This document shows positions 10,922 through 18,735 of a DNA stretch of 64,000 nt, one piece after another. Both the position numbers and the translations under genes were made by a program. The stretch is from IMG/VR virus record IMGVR_UViG_3300029414_000238. One strand, 5' to 3'. The stretch is from a virus. Positions within the stretch are counted from its first letter, which is position 1. The number at the start of each line of letters is the position of its first letter. Under the pieces are notes generated by a model, which did not search any database, had not been told where the DNA came from, and saw nothing but the letters and a program-made list of their open reading frames with translations.

Positions 10922-10991
10922 CACACCCGGAAGGACTCGAACCCTCGTTACCGGTTTTGGAGACCAGTTTCTGTCCATCAGACAGGTGCAT
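10921..10991 (-). tRNA. tRNA-Trp (anticodon CCA)
   Basis: Anticodon stem-loop CTGGT-CTCCAAA-ACCGG, T-arm GAGGG-TTCGAGT-CCTTC and D-arm TCTG-ATGGA-CAGA. The acceptor stem contains wobble pairs. Confidence 0.45.
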
Positions 10992-10993
10992 AA

Positions 10994-11065
10994 CAGGCGA
11001 TAATGGAATCGAACCATTGTTTTCTGAGTCAGAATCAGATGTCTTACCATTGAACGAATCGCCCA
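10994..11065 (-). tRNA. tRNA-Gln (anticodon CTG)
   Basis: Anticodon stem-loop TCTGA-TTCTGAC-TCAGA, T-arm AATGG-TTCGATT-CCATT, acceptor GGGCGAT/ATCGCCT. Confidence 0.5.
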
Positions 11066-11066
11066 G

Positions 11067-11138
11067 TATCCCCAAAGGGACTCGAACCCTTAACCGACAG
11101 ATTAGAAATCTGTTGCTCTTTCCAATTGAGCTATGGGG
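11067..11138 (-). tRNA. tRNA-Arg (anticodon TCT)
   Basis: Acceptor ATCCCCA/TGGGGAT, D-arm GCTC-AATTGGAAA-GAGC, anticodon stem-loop ACAGA-TTTCTAA-TCTGT, T-arm AAGGG-TTCGAGT-CCCTT. Confidence 0.55.
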
Positions 11139-11145
11139 ATATATA

Positions 11146-11230
11146 GCGCAGACACCGGGGATCGAACCCGGACAGCGGGTGTGCCGCATGCCACATTAGC
11201 AGTGTGGAGGGGTACCATTTACCTTTATAT
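11146..11230 (-). tRNA. tRNA-Ser (anticodon GCT), long variable arm
   Basis: Acceptor GCAGACA/TGTCTGC, anticodon stem-loop CCACA-CTGCTAA-TGTGG, long variable arm, T-arm CCGGG-TTCGATC-CCCGG. The D-arm is atypical. Confidence 0.45.
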
Positions 11231-11239
11231 GTCTGCATA

Positions 11240-11313
11240 AGAGGCATCGGAGGGGATCGAACCCTCGCCTTCCGGGTTGCAGCCGGACGCCTTCGCCGTT
11301 TGGCTACGATGCC
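11240..11313 (-). tRNA. tRNA-Cys (anticodon GCA)
   Basis: Acceptor GGCATCG/CGATGCC, anticodon stem-loop TCCGG-CTGCAAC-CCGGA, T-arm GAGGG-TTCGATC-CCCTC. Confidence 0.6.
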
Positions 11314-11342
11314 ATATAATTCTTCCCGATAAGAGAAGATGA

Positions 11343-11429
11343 GCGCTGGGGCAGGGAGTCGAACCCTGATATCCTTTCGGAATGACGGTTTTCAGGACCG
11401 TTGCTTTACCAGTTGAGCCACCACAGCAA
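11343..11429 (-). tRNA. tRNA-Ser (anticodon TGA), long variable arm
   Basis: Anticodon stem-loop ACGGT-CCTGAAA-ACCGT, a variable-arm hairpin TCC-GAAA-GGA, T-arm CAGGG-TTCGACT-CCCTG. Position 33 is C, which is unusual, and the acceptor has one mismatch. Confidence 0.4.
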
Positions 11430-11672
11430 AAATAAAAGCATACACCTCTCAATCGAAAGATGTATGCTTTGCAATTCCAGGTATTTCCAATATTCTCCCG
11501 GAAATTTCCCTACAATGACCACATTTCTTTCAATTTGAGACAATATTTATTTGCACGACAACTACGCCAGATACATGACTGCGACTGACTCATACTTGCC
11601 TGTGAATATTGTCTCATTACTGCTGTAATCATTGATTTTCCCTTCCTTTCCTTGGTTTTCTTGAATATTTAG

Positions 11673-11749
11673 TGTGTCTGGTGGGACTTGAACCCGACGA
11701 CCCCACGATTAAAAGTCGCGTGCTCTGCCAACTGAGCTACAGACACATA
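11673..11749 (-). tRNA. tRNA-Lys (anticodon TTT)
   Basis: Acceptor GTGTCTG/CAGACAC, D-arm GCTC-AGTTGGCAG-AGC, anticodon loop CTTTTAA. The T-stem has an A.C mismatch. Confidence 0.55.
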
Positions 11750-11823
11750 AGCGGATCAGGAGGGAATCGAACCCTCATCTTCCGGTAGACAGCCGGATGT
11801 ACTAGCCGCTATACTACAGATCC
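11750..11823 (-). tRNA. tRNA, probably Asp (anticodon GTC)
   Basis: T-arm GAGGG-TTCGATT-CCCTC, anticodon stem-loop TCCGG-CTGTCTA-CCGGA. Position 37 is a pyrimidine and the acceptor has a U.U mismatch. Confidence 0.35.
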
Positions 11824-11827
11824 ATAA

Positions 11828-11900
11828 AGCTCCCGTCCGGCTTCGAACCGGAAACCTTCTGATTACAAGTCAGATGCACTACCAGTTGTGCTACAGGAGC
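11828..11900 (-). tRNA. tRNA-Thr (anticodon TGT)
   Basis: Acceptor GCTCCTG/CGGGAGC, D-arm GCAC-AACTGGTAG-TGC, anticodon stem-loop TCTGA-CTTGTAA-TCAGA, T-arm TCCGG-TTCGAAG-CCGGA. Confidence 0.55.
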
Positions 11901-11983
11901 AGGAACACTTCCGACGGGTGCTGCCCCGCTATCTCCGCCGTGACAGGGCGGTGACTCTGTTGTTTGTCCTCGGAAGTAAATAA

Positions 11984-12066
11984 GTGCGCCGGGGAGGACT
12001 CGAACCTCCGGTGTTTCTTTGTGGCTGATTTACAGTCAGCTGCTGTCGCCTCTGAGCCACCGACGC
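11984..12066 (-). tRNA. tRNA-Tyr (anticodon GTA), long variable arm
   Basis: Anticodon stem-loop GCTGA-CTGTAAA-TCAGC, long variable arm, T-arm GGAGG-TTCGAGT-CCTCC. Confidence 0.5.
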
Positions 12067-12071
12067 ATAAG

Positions 12072-12142
12072 CTGGTCCGGAGGGTCTCGAACCCTCAACG
12101 CCCCGGTTAACAGCCGGGTGCTCTACCATTGAGCTACGGATC
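12072..12142 (-). tRNA. tRNA-Asn (anticodon GTT)
   Basis: D-arm GCTC-AATGGTAG-AGC, anticodon stem-loop CCCGG-CTGTTAA-CCGGG, T-arm GAGGG-TTCGAGA-CCCTC. Confidence 0.5.
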
Positions 12143-12145
12143 AGA

Positions 12146-12216
12146 GCATGTGACGGGTCTCGAACCCGCCCGTCCTGCTTGGAAGGCAGGTGTGCCGCCA
12201 ACAACACTTCACATGC
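12146..12216 (-). tRNA. tRNA-Gly (anticodon TCC)
   Basis: Acceptor GCATGTG/CACATGC, anticodon stem-loop CCTGC-CTTCCAA-GCAGG, T-arm CGGG-TTCGAGA-CCCG. Confidence 0.5.
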
Positions 12217-12841
12217 ATGCGGATAAAAGAAGTGCCTGTTTTCTCTTATCCATTCAGTTTTTTTACCGCATCGCTGCGGAGTGGACAGGAGTGGTAACGA
12301 TCCACCCTGTAAGGATTTTCAGTCCTTCGCTAATCCATCTCAGCTACCTGTCCATGGCTTTTTCTGCAATAAAAAAGCCGCATCAAGAAATTTCCTCTTC
12401 TCTCTGCGGTCATCTGCGTTTTGCAATATTTCGGTTTTAAGTGCCTGGTTTAAAATCGAAATCGACCGCGGGAAGGTGTATCATAATAGTTCTGTCCCCA
12501 TGTTTTCCCGGATTTTGAGCATGAGAAACTAAACATATTGCTGAAATCGCCGTATGTTCTACAATCATTATTAAAATTTTTACTACTCATCATCTTTAAC
12601 ATGGTTTTCTTTTCCTTTCATTTTAATTAATGCTGGATAAACAAAAAGCCCGTCACTTAACTCAAAGCTACACATCCAAATAGCTCTGAGTTAAAAGACA
12701 GGCACTTCTTTTATCTCATGCACCTATCATATCATACTGATCGTGAAGTGTCAACAGGAAATTTAAAAAAGGTTATTTTCCTAAAGGTTATTTTTGGTTA
12801 TTTTGGTTATTTTTCAAAATAAAACAAAATAAAACAAATAA

Positions 12842-12870
12842 AAATCTCCGCCAAAATAGACGGAGATTTG
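12842..12870. terminator. bidirectional hairpin terminator
   Basis: aaatctccgcc-aaaataga-cggagattt flanked by A/T runs, lying 3' of minus-strand gene 12875-13495. Confidence 0.5.
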
Positions 12871-12874
12871 AAAA

Positions 12875-13495
12875 TTAACAGGTTAATTCGTAGTCGTACA
12901 GATCGAGCGGCGTTTTGTTTCCGCTGGACCACTCAAACTCTTCGTTGTCCCAAATGCTGCGGGCGTTGTTCAGATTGATCTCATCCGTCAATACCTTTTC
13001 TTCGATATTAATGAACCGTTCCAAAGATTCTTTGAAGCGGTTGATGACTTCCTCGGGATTCTTTGAATGCCAGCTGTATTCGTCGAAAAACCTTCCACTG
13101 GCGGTAATTGTTAATTTCTCGCCGTTATCCGACAATCCAGATAGTTCAAGTGTAACCATTCCCTCGGAAATATCGCTATAATATTCGCCTGGTTTGTTGG
13201 TATCGTTGATTTTGTTCCCTAGTTCTTCCGCTTTTTCCATCATGCCCCAAATTTCCCCTGGAAGCGTAAGGTAGTCTTCTGGATAGTATTCCACGGTTGG
13301 GTTGATTTCCTCTTGCAGGAGATCTTCAACAAAATTGTCTCCTTTAAAAATAGCAAAAGAGTCGACACCTCTTGCGGAAACCTCAACTTTCCCGCATTTG
13401 CATGGGAATATTTTAAAAAGTCTTCTATCTCGAGTGTCATAAGCTACTGAAAAAATGCCGCATTCTTTGCATTTAAAATTTCTTTGTGTTTTCAT
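12875..13495 (-). CDS. hypothetical protein with N-terminal Cys4 zinc ribbon
   Basis: 206-aa ORF with CKECG...CKCG at the N-terminus and the conserved minus-strand promoter element upstream. Confidence 0.5.
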   Translation of the reverse strand: MKTQRNFKCKECGIFSVAYDTRDRRLFKIFPCKCGKVEVSARGVDSFAIFKGDNFVEDLLQEEINPTVEYYPEDYLTLPGEIWGMMEKAEELGNKINDTNKPGEYYSDISEGMVTLELSGLSDNGEKLTITASGRFFDEYSWHSKNPEEVINRFKESLERFINIEEKVLTDEINLNNARSIWDNEEFEWSSGNKTPLDLYDYELTC

Positions 13496-13526
13496 GATTT
13501 TTCTCCCTTCATCAATGGTTTTATTT

Positions 13527-13552
13527 ACACTTTTAATATGAAATATTAAAAA
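13527..13552 (-). promoter_or_regulatory. conserved minus-strand promoter element (ATTTCATATTRAAAGTGTAAA family), copy 1
   Basis: On the minus strand: TTGAAA-N16-TATTAA, then atttcatattaaaagtgtaaa, about 35 nt upstream of ATG 13495. Related copies sit at 14428, 58346 and 58665. Confidence 0.45.
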
Positions 13553-13561
13553 TATTTCAAA

Positions 13562-13610
13562 AAATTTCCGGAAATTTTTGACGAAATTTCAAAAGGCGCA
13601 ATATATGTAA
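13562..13610 (+). promoter_or_regulatory. conserved promoter-like cassette, copy 3
   Basis: aaaaatttccggaaatttttgacgaaatttcaaaaggcgcaatatatgtaatg. Confidence 0.5.
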
Positions 13611-13632
13611 TGAAAGGAGGAGGAAATACAAA

Positions 13633-13965
13633 TTGAAATGTTTGACATGCAAGAAACACTGGTCGCAGGGAGGCCGCTGTTCAGAGAACGTGAGAAACTG
13701 CCTGCATTATGAGGAAGAACCAAGAGGAAAAATGGTCCGCACAGAACTGTCTTTTCGTATGGATGCAGAGGCGGAAACTCCGGTGGTCAGATTTGGAGAG
13801 AAAATACTGGTTTCCGATGGTTCAAAAGCGGTCGAGATGACTGTGGTCAAGATCAACTGGGTTAATCTTCGGGATATGCTCTGCAATGTATCCGCGGATT
13901 ATCATGAGAATGAGATGCCGCGATTTGAGAAAGAAAAGAAGTTCAAAGCATTACATGGAAAATAG
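13633..13965 (+). CDS. hypothetical protein
   Basis: 110-aa ORF; stop TAG 13963-13965 abuts the first CRISPR repeat. Confidence 0.4.
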   Translation: MKCLTCKKHWSQGGRCSENVRNCLHYEEEPRGKMVRTELSFRMDAEAETPVVRFGEKILVSDGSKAVEMTVVKINWVNLRDMLCNVSADYHENEMPRFEKEKKFKALHGK

Positions 13966-14071
13966 TTGCATTCCAGTGGAATGCATGGGGTGAAAGAAAT
14001 AGGCAAATCGCATGACAATTTCTGAAATTAAATTGTTGCGCTCCCGTGGAGGGGGGCGTATGGATTGAAAT
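13965..14071 (+). CRISPR. mini-array: degenerate repeat - 37-nt spacer - repeat (type I-C-like repeat family)
   Basis: gttgcattccagtggaatgcatggggtgaaag ... gttgcgctcccgtggaggggggcgtatggattgaaat. Confidence 0.6.
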
Positions 14072-14124
14072 GTGGAATCCTGTGATTGGCACATACTTGG
14101 GTGTAGTGCAGAAAAAGTGACCCA

Positions 14125-14400
14125 TTACAGATCACTTTCGATGAAAATTTGCTTTGCGATTTTTCCGATCACCCAATTTGGAATGTCGCTGCGGCATCCA
14201 GAATGGATTTCTCCGTTTTCAACAAAAAAGAATGCGGATTCTTCCGTTTTCATGCGGTCTAAAGCTTGCGCAGAAAAATATAAGGAATGGTGGAAGTCGC
14301 ATCTTTGTGCCTCCTCATATGTATGGACTTCCTCTATTTTCCCATCGATCAGGCTGACACAGCCGGACCAGAACTCTTTTCCTTCGAATATTGCTGCCAT
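14125..14400 (-). CDS. hypothetical protein
   Basis: 91-aa ORF with the conserved minus-strand promoter element upstream (14428-14452). Confidence 0.45.
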   Translation of the reverse strand: MAAIFEGKEFWSGCVSLIDGKIEEVHTYEEAQRCDFHHSLYFSAQALDRMKTEESAFFFVENGEIHSGCRSDIPNWVIGKIAKQIFIESDL

Positions 14401-14461
14401 GTTTTGCTCCTTTCAAAATACTTTCGTTTACACTTTCAATATGAAATGAAAATATTTCAAA

Positions 14462-14510
14462 ACATTTCCAAAAACTTTTGACGATTTTTTAAATGGCGCA
14501 ATATGTATCA
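14462..14510 (+). promoter_or_regulatory. conserved promoter-like cassette, copy 4
   Basis: aacatttccaaaaacttttgacgattttttaaatggcgcaatatgtatcatg. Confidence 0.55.
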
Positions 14511-14512
14511 TG

Positions 14513-14646
14513 TAAAGGTCATAAACCGAGCTGCCAGGGTTATCGGCTGGCAGAAATCTTTTCGATATTTGTTTACACTCCGGGGAAACCCGGAAGGGGT
14601 AGTGAGGACGCAGCGTGTGCTGTTTCCGGGTTCGATTCCCGGGTAT
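14513..14646 (+). ncRNA. structured tRNA-like RNA element, family A copy 2
   Basis: Same three-hairpin architecture as 9483-9619 with covarying stems (ccgggg-aaa-cccgg; ccgggTTCGAttcccgg). Confidence 0.4.
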
Positions 14647-14928
14647 CCCTTTTGACTGCCACATACGGTCTTCTCAAAATTCAGCCGTCTGCGGCCTGTG
14701 GAACTTTCCACTGGACCAAAATAACGATAACCGCCAGAATAACAGCAGCGTGCGTTGGCGTGAGAACTATCGGCGCACAGGGATTACTCCTTTCATATTT
14801 ATCTATCAAACCTTTCCGTACATCGTATGGAAAGGTTATGGGACAGCAGGTGCATAGACATGAACTATTCCGGGATCGTTTCCCGGATGTTCCATTTTTA
14901 AAACATTAAAACAAATCATAGGAGGGAA

Positions 14929-15657
14929 TTGATGATGGAGAAAGAAGTAGTATATGTTGCAGAACTGGATTCCGATGTTGATGATGTCGTTGCGGCACAT
15001 TACTTATTTAACGAGGGTGTGTTAAAGTGTGTAGTATGCGATCCATATCCAAGAACACCGGAGGGGTTGGCACGAAAGGGAAAGCTGGAAGCGCTTGGCA
15101 TCGATGTGGTTAAGAAAATGCCACCGGTTGCAAAATATGTGTTTGTTGGCGGCGCTCTTACGGCTGTTGCTGGCTATATCCGGATGCACCATGTCGACTG
15201 GCTGGTAATGAACGGAGGCTTTGTTGGAGCAAATATTGCGACCTTTGAACTGGATAAGTTCAAGGGGAAGAACACTGTCCGTACCTTCAATTTCAACTGC
15301 GATGTTGTGGCTGCAGATACGGTTTTGAAAACTGATGAGAAGCATATTTCTCATATTGTTCTTGTCGGAAAAAACGTCTGCCATGACGTCCGAAATACGA
15401 AAAATGGTCTCTGGAGTGGCGAGAAATACAAGAAATTGTTCGATGAGTACCGGGTTAAGGATGAGAAGCGTCAACACGACTTGCTTGCCTGCCATGAGGG
15501 GCTTGCATTTCTGCGGGGAACCAATGCGATCTGTGAGTATGAGATGGTAAGACCATACAACACAGGCTTGAATGGCAAGCTGACGCAGTGGGGTAGCACA
15601 AAAACCATGGAAACACCATATCGCGAAGTGCTTGCTGCTGTTGGCTACCAGAATTAA
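14929..15657 (+). CDS. hypothetical protein with a weak nucleoside-hydrolase-like N-terminal Asp cluster
   Basis: AELDSDVDDVVAAHY resembles the DXDXXXDD fingerprint but is one residue short. A long 5' leader of about 280 nt separates it from the cassette. Confidence 0.35.
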   Translation: MMMEKEVVYVAELDSDVDDVVAAHYLFNEGVLKCVVCDPYPRTPEGLARKGKLEALGIDVVKKMPPVAKYVFVGGALTAVAGYIRMHHVDWLVMNGGFVGANIATFELDKFKGKNTVRTFNFNCDVVAADTVLKTDEKHISHIVLVGKNVCHDVRNTKNGLWSGEKYKKLFDEYRVKDEKRQHDLLACHEGLAFLRGTNAICEYEMVRPYNTGLNGKLTQWGSTKTMETPYREVLAAVGYQN

Positions 15658-15659
15658 AA

Positions 15660-15765
15660 GCTGCATCATGTGCGGGGGTGTATGGATTGAAATGTCGGAG
15701 TATGGTGTAAGAATCATATATATTCCTACGTTGTGCTCCTCCCGGTTGGTGCACGGGTTGAAATA
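15660..15765 (+). CRISPR. mini-array: repeat - 36-nt spacer - degenerate repeat
   Basis: gctgcatcatgtgcgggggtgtatggattgaaat ... gttgtgctcctcccggttggtgcacgggttgaaat; it starts 3 nt after the stop of 14929-15657. Confidence 0.6.
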
Positions 15766-16462
15766 TAGTTCTAAAAATGGTTGGAAGACCTGTTTTTTGG
15801 TTACACCCATTGTCAGCTGTAAACCACAGTTAAGGCTTTCGGATGCGGTTAAAGTTTAAAAAGGCAACACCGCCAGATGGCTGTTCCTTTCGCGCCCTGA
15901 GATCAAGAAATCATTATGGGGCGGGCACTTACCAAATGAACTTGAAAGAAAGATCTACGTGGAATCCATGATCCACAGGACAAAGGATAATCCCATTGTC
16001 CTTTATGACTTTGATGACAGGTTTTACCAGTGCATGTACATGCTCCACTATGCGTGAAGATGGCACAGTCGCTGAAAGACGGTTCTTAAAACTCCCGGCA
16101 GAATACGACTCTCTGCAACATAAGATCGATCATATCAAACGTGCACGGCACCATGGTTCCAGACGTGTTTCAAACCTCTGGGCATATGCAGACGACGTCA
16201 ATAAAGACATTGTTGTAAAAACAGCCCAGTTTGTTACGGATACTGCCGTGCTGCATGTTAACAGCATGCAGTTGCGGTGTTATCACTGTGTCCTCAGTCA
16301 GCGAGTCCATACGGGAAAACAGGTATGGAAGCACGCGAATTTAGTCATGTGAGACTTCACGGCCGGCCGCCGAAAGGACGTACACTACAAAAGCCTTTTG
16401 CACCTGACTTTTCTGTGGTATACTGAAAATATAAAAGATATTTCAAGGAGAAGGCAGAGAAA

Positions 16463-17335
16463 ATGAGAAAAAGTGTGAAAGATTTTGGAAATTTTGTAAG
16501 AAAAGACAATTACCCGGAGCTTCCAGAAGAATTGAAAGAATTTAACTATTTTTTGAGTGATGGCGAGACGGGACATGTGATCATGGCTGTGCCTGAGCAC
16601 ACTTTGAATAAAGCAGAAGAAAATGTGGATGAACTGGATGATTACGAATGTCCAGTTCCAGTGGCATATGTTCTTAAGAATGGCTATCGGCTGTATAAGA
16701 ACCATGTAATATGCCAGGTTCCGTACGATGAGAAACTGGGGATGCGTATTCCGGAAGAATATTACGAACCGTCGATTATTTCTACAGATGCCGGGGAAGC
16801 AGAGAATCCGGTGTCCGGAGAGTTCCCTTATGAGAAAAGGAAATGCTATCCAGAATTTGCAAACCATGCAGAAGCTGTAGTTGCGGATATCGTTAAGGAT
16901 TACGTGCAGATCCGCGTATTTTTTAAAAATCCTACAGAAAACGAGATTGCACAGTTTTCTCCGGATGCCAGACTGAAAATTCGTTTTACGGAGATGGATG
17001 GAACCTGTCTGTTTACCGTTAAAGCTGGTGATTTGTCATGGATGGATGCACCATACCATGCAAAACTTGCAAAAGATTTGTCTGGATTCGACTTTACAGG
17101 TGAAAGTGAGATTCCGTTATATCTCCTCCTGATCGACTCATCGAATGGTGAGGTCAAAGCGGTTCGAAATGTCCAGTTGTCAGAAGAGTTTTCCAGCAAA
17201 TTGAGAAATCTGGTGGATCGTCAGGTCAACTCTGATTTTGATAAAAAGAAATATGCGGATATATTGTCCAACATTTATCTCCTTTTTTCATCGGATGAGC
17301 TGGCGGATGCCAGCACCATTAAGTGTCAGTGGTAG
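16463..17335 (+). CDS. hypothetical protein (290 aa)
   Basis: Good RBS AAGGAGAAGG; no recognisable Cas or nuclease motifs; lies immediately upstream of a four-repeat array. Confidence 0.5.
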   Translation: MRKSVKDFGNFVRKDNYPELPEELKEFNYFLSDGETGHVIMAVPEHTLNKAEENVDELDDYECPVPVAYVLKNGYRLYKNHVICQVPYDEKLGMRIPEEYYEPSIISTDAGEAENPVSGEFPYEKRKCYPEFANHAEAVVADIVKDYVQIRVFFKNPTENEIAQFSPDARLKIRFTEMDGTCLFTVKAGDLSWMDAPYHAKLAKDLSGFDFTGESEIPLYLLLIDSSNGEVKAVRNVQLSEEFSSKLRNLVDRQVNSDFDKKKYADILSNIYLLFSSDELADASTIKCQW

Positions 17336-17355
17336 GTAAGAAGATATACTTTACT

Positions 17356-17574
17356 GTTGCGCCCCATTGGGTGCATGGGTTGAAATCTTTATGACCTTCT
17401 GAAAAGTGAGGGCATCTTAGTTGCACCCCCGCAAGGGATGTATGGGTTGAAATTCAATAGAAACAGATGCATTCGAAGGCGTTACAAGTTGCACCCCGCG
17501 AGGGGTGTATGGGTTGAAATTGCAGAAAGCTCAGGATTGGAAGGTTGCATCCTATGGGATGCATGGATTGAAAC
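17356..17574 (+). CRISPR. CRISPR array, 4 repeats and 3 spacers, I-C-like repeats
   Basis: gttgcgccccattgggtgcatgggttgaaat / gttgcacccccgcaagggatgtatgggttgaaat / gttgcaccccgcgaggggtgtatgggttgaaat / gttgcatcctatgggatgcatggattgaaac. Confidence 0.75.
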
Positions 17575-17600
17575 GAACATATTTGTTATTATTTATTATT

Positions 17601-17650
17601 GAGATCAGAAAGGTCTGCAGTCAGTTAATCTGGCTGCAGATTTTTTTTTG
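17601..17650 (+). terminator. rho-independent terminator
   Basis: ggtctgcagtcagttaatctggctgcagatttttttttg. Confidence 0.7.
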
Positions 17651-17710
17651 CAATTTTTTAAAAATTTTCCAAAATCTTTTGACGATTTTTTAAAAGGCGC
17701 AATATACATA
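17651..17710 (+). promoter_or_regulatory. conserved promoter-like cassette, copy 5
   Basis: aaaaattttccaaaatcttttgacgattttttaaaaggcgcaatatacatattg. Confidence 0.55.
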
Positions 17711-17711
17711 T

Positions 17712-17920
17712 TGAAGGGATAAACAGGGGCTTACCGTTTGTTTCTTCAATAAGAGTTTTTCTCTTATATGCCTCCTTAAGTTTCCTGCGCTGCATTTACA
17801 GCATTTTGGCAGCGCAGGGGGAATCCACAGGACTGCATTTGACGTTGTGTGGCGGCCTGCTCATCCGGTTCAACCCCGGAGGATTCCCTTACCGCTTATT
17901 TTTGCGGAGACAAAAATTTT
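17712..17920 (+). ncRNA. candidate small RNA, family B, between two cassette copies
   Basis: No ORF is present. Starts aaacaggggcttaccg, as the cas-operon leader does (17981-, aaacaggggcttgccg). Contains a 10-bp perfect hairpin cctgcgctgc...gcagcgcagg and a T-loop-like ccGGTTCAAccCCgg, and ends in the terminator ccgcttatttttgcgg plus A/T run. Confidence 0.35.
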
Positions 17921-17975
17921 AAAAAATATTCAAAAATTCTTTGACGATTTTTTAAAAGGCGCAATATGTGTATTG
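17921..17975 (+). promoter_or_regulatory. conserved promoter-like cassette, copy 6 (candidate cas-operon promoter)
   Basis: aaaaatattcaaaaattctttgacgattttttaaaaggcgcaatatgtgtattg, 90 nt upstream of cas5c. Confidence 0.55.
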
Positions 17976-18020
17976 AAGGAATAAACAGGGGCTTGCCGCT
18001 GTTGATTACCAGAGTTAAAA

Positions 18021-18053
18021 GTTGTGCCCCTATGGGGTGCATGGGTAATAAGA
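18021..18053 (+). CRISPR. solo degenerate repeat-like hairpin in the cas5c 5' leader
   Basis: gttgtgcccctatggggtgcatgggtaataagag against the array repeat gttgcaccccgcgaggggtgtatgggttgaaat. Confidence 0.5.
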
Positions 18054-18060
18054 GAAAGGA

Positions 18061-18735
18061 ATGGAAAAAGAAAAAATGGGAGTGAAACTAAAAGTCTGGG
18101 GAGATTACGCATTGTTCACCAGACCAGAACTGAAAACTGAACGGTATACATACGATGTGATGACACCGTCGGCGGCTAGAGGAATTCTGGAATCTATCTA
18201 CTGGCATCCGGGACTTCGGTGGTATGTAGACAAGATTCATGTATTAAATCCGATTGCCACTACGAGCGTGAGAAGAAATGAACTTCTCAGTAAGATACCA
18301 AAGTCAAATATGCTGCAGGCATACAACGGCGGGGATGTGAAACTGTATAACTCGTCAAGAGACGATATTATCCAGAGGGCATCTGTTATTCTCCGGGATG
18401 TCTGCTATGTGATTGAGGCGCATTTTGAAATGACAGGGAAAGCGAGCCCAACAGACAGCCCGGCAAAGTTTATAAGTATCTTTAACAACAGGGCAAGAAA
18501 AGGGGCATGTTATTCGATGCCGTATTTTGGTGTAAGGGAATTCCCGGCACACTTTGAACTCTGCGAAGGAGATGAAAAGATCCCATCCTACTATGAAGGA
18601 CTTCCGGATAAAGATCTCGGGCTGATGCTTTATGATCTGGATTACTCCTGCGGTAGAGATATCCAGCCAATGTATTATCATGCGATTATGAAAAACGGCG
18701 TTATTGACGTTGGGAACAGTGAGGTGCTTCGATGA
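18061..18735 (+). CDS. cas5: Cas5c (Cas5d, type I-C)
   Basis: VWGDYALFTRPELKTERYTYDVMTPSAARGILESIYWHPGLRWYVDKIHVL is the Cas5d N-terminal signature; the gene overlaps cas8c by ATGA. Confidence 0.85.
   Translation: MEKEKMGVKLKVWGDYALFTRPELKTERYTYDVMTPSAARGILESIYWHPGLRWYVDKIHVLNPIATTSVRRNELLSKIPKSNMLQAYNGGDVKLYNSSRDDIIQRASVILRDVCYVIEAHFEMTGKASPTDSPAKFISIFNNRARKGACYSMPYFGVREFPAHFELCEGDEKIPSYYEGLPDKDLGLMLYDLDYSCGRDIQPMYYHAIMKNGVIDVGNSEVLR

Noticed and set aside
9432-14646. The two cassette-plus-structured-RNA copies as phage attL/attR duplications of a tRNA 3' end
   Set aside because: att core duplications are exact. These copies are only about 80% identical over 180 bp, with compensatory stem changes. 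They are also part of a larger family of cassette copies.
15996-16352. ORF 15996-16352 as a real 118-aa protein
   Set aside because: It has odd composition and no RBS. It overlaps, in antisense, the decayed copy of the 58829-59023 small-gene sequence. It is probably non-coding and is kept only as a low-confidence observation.
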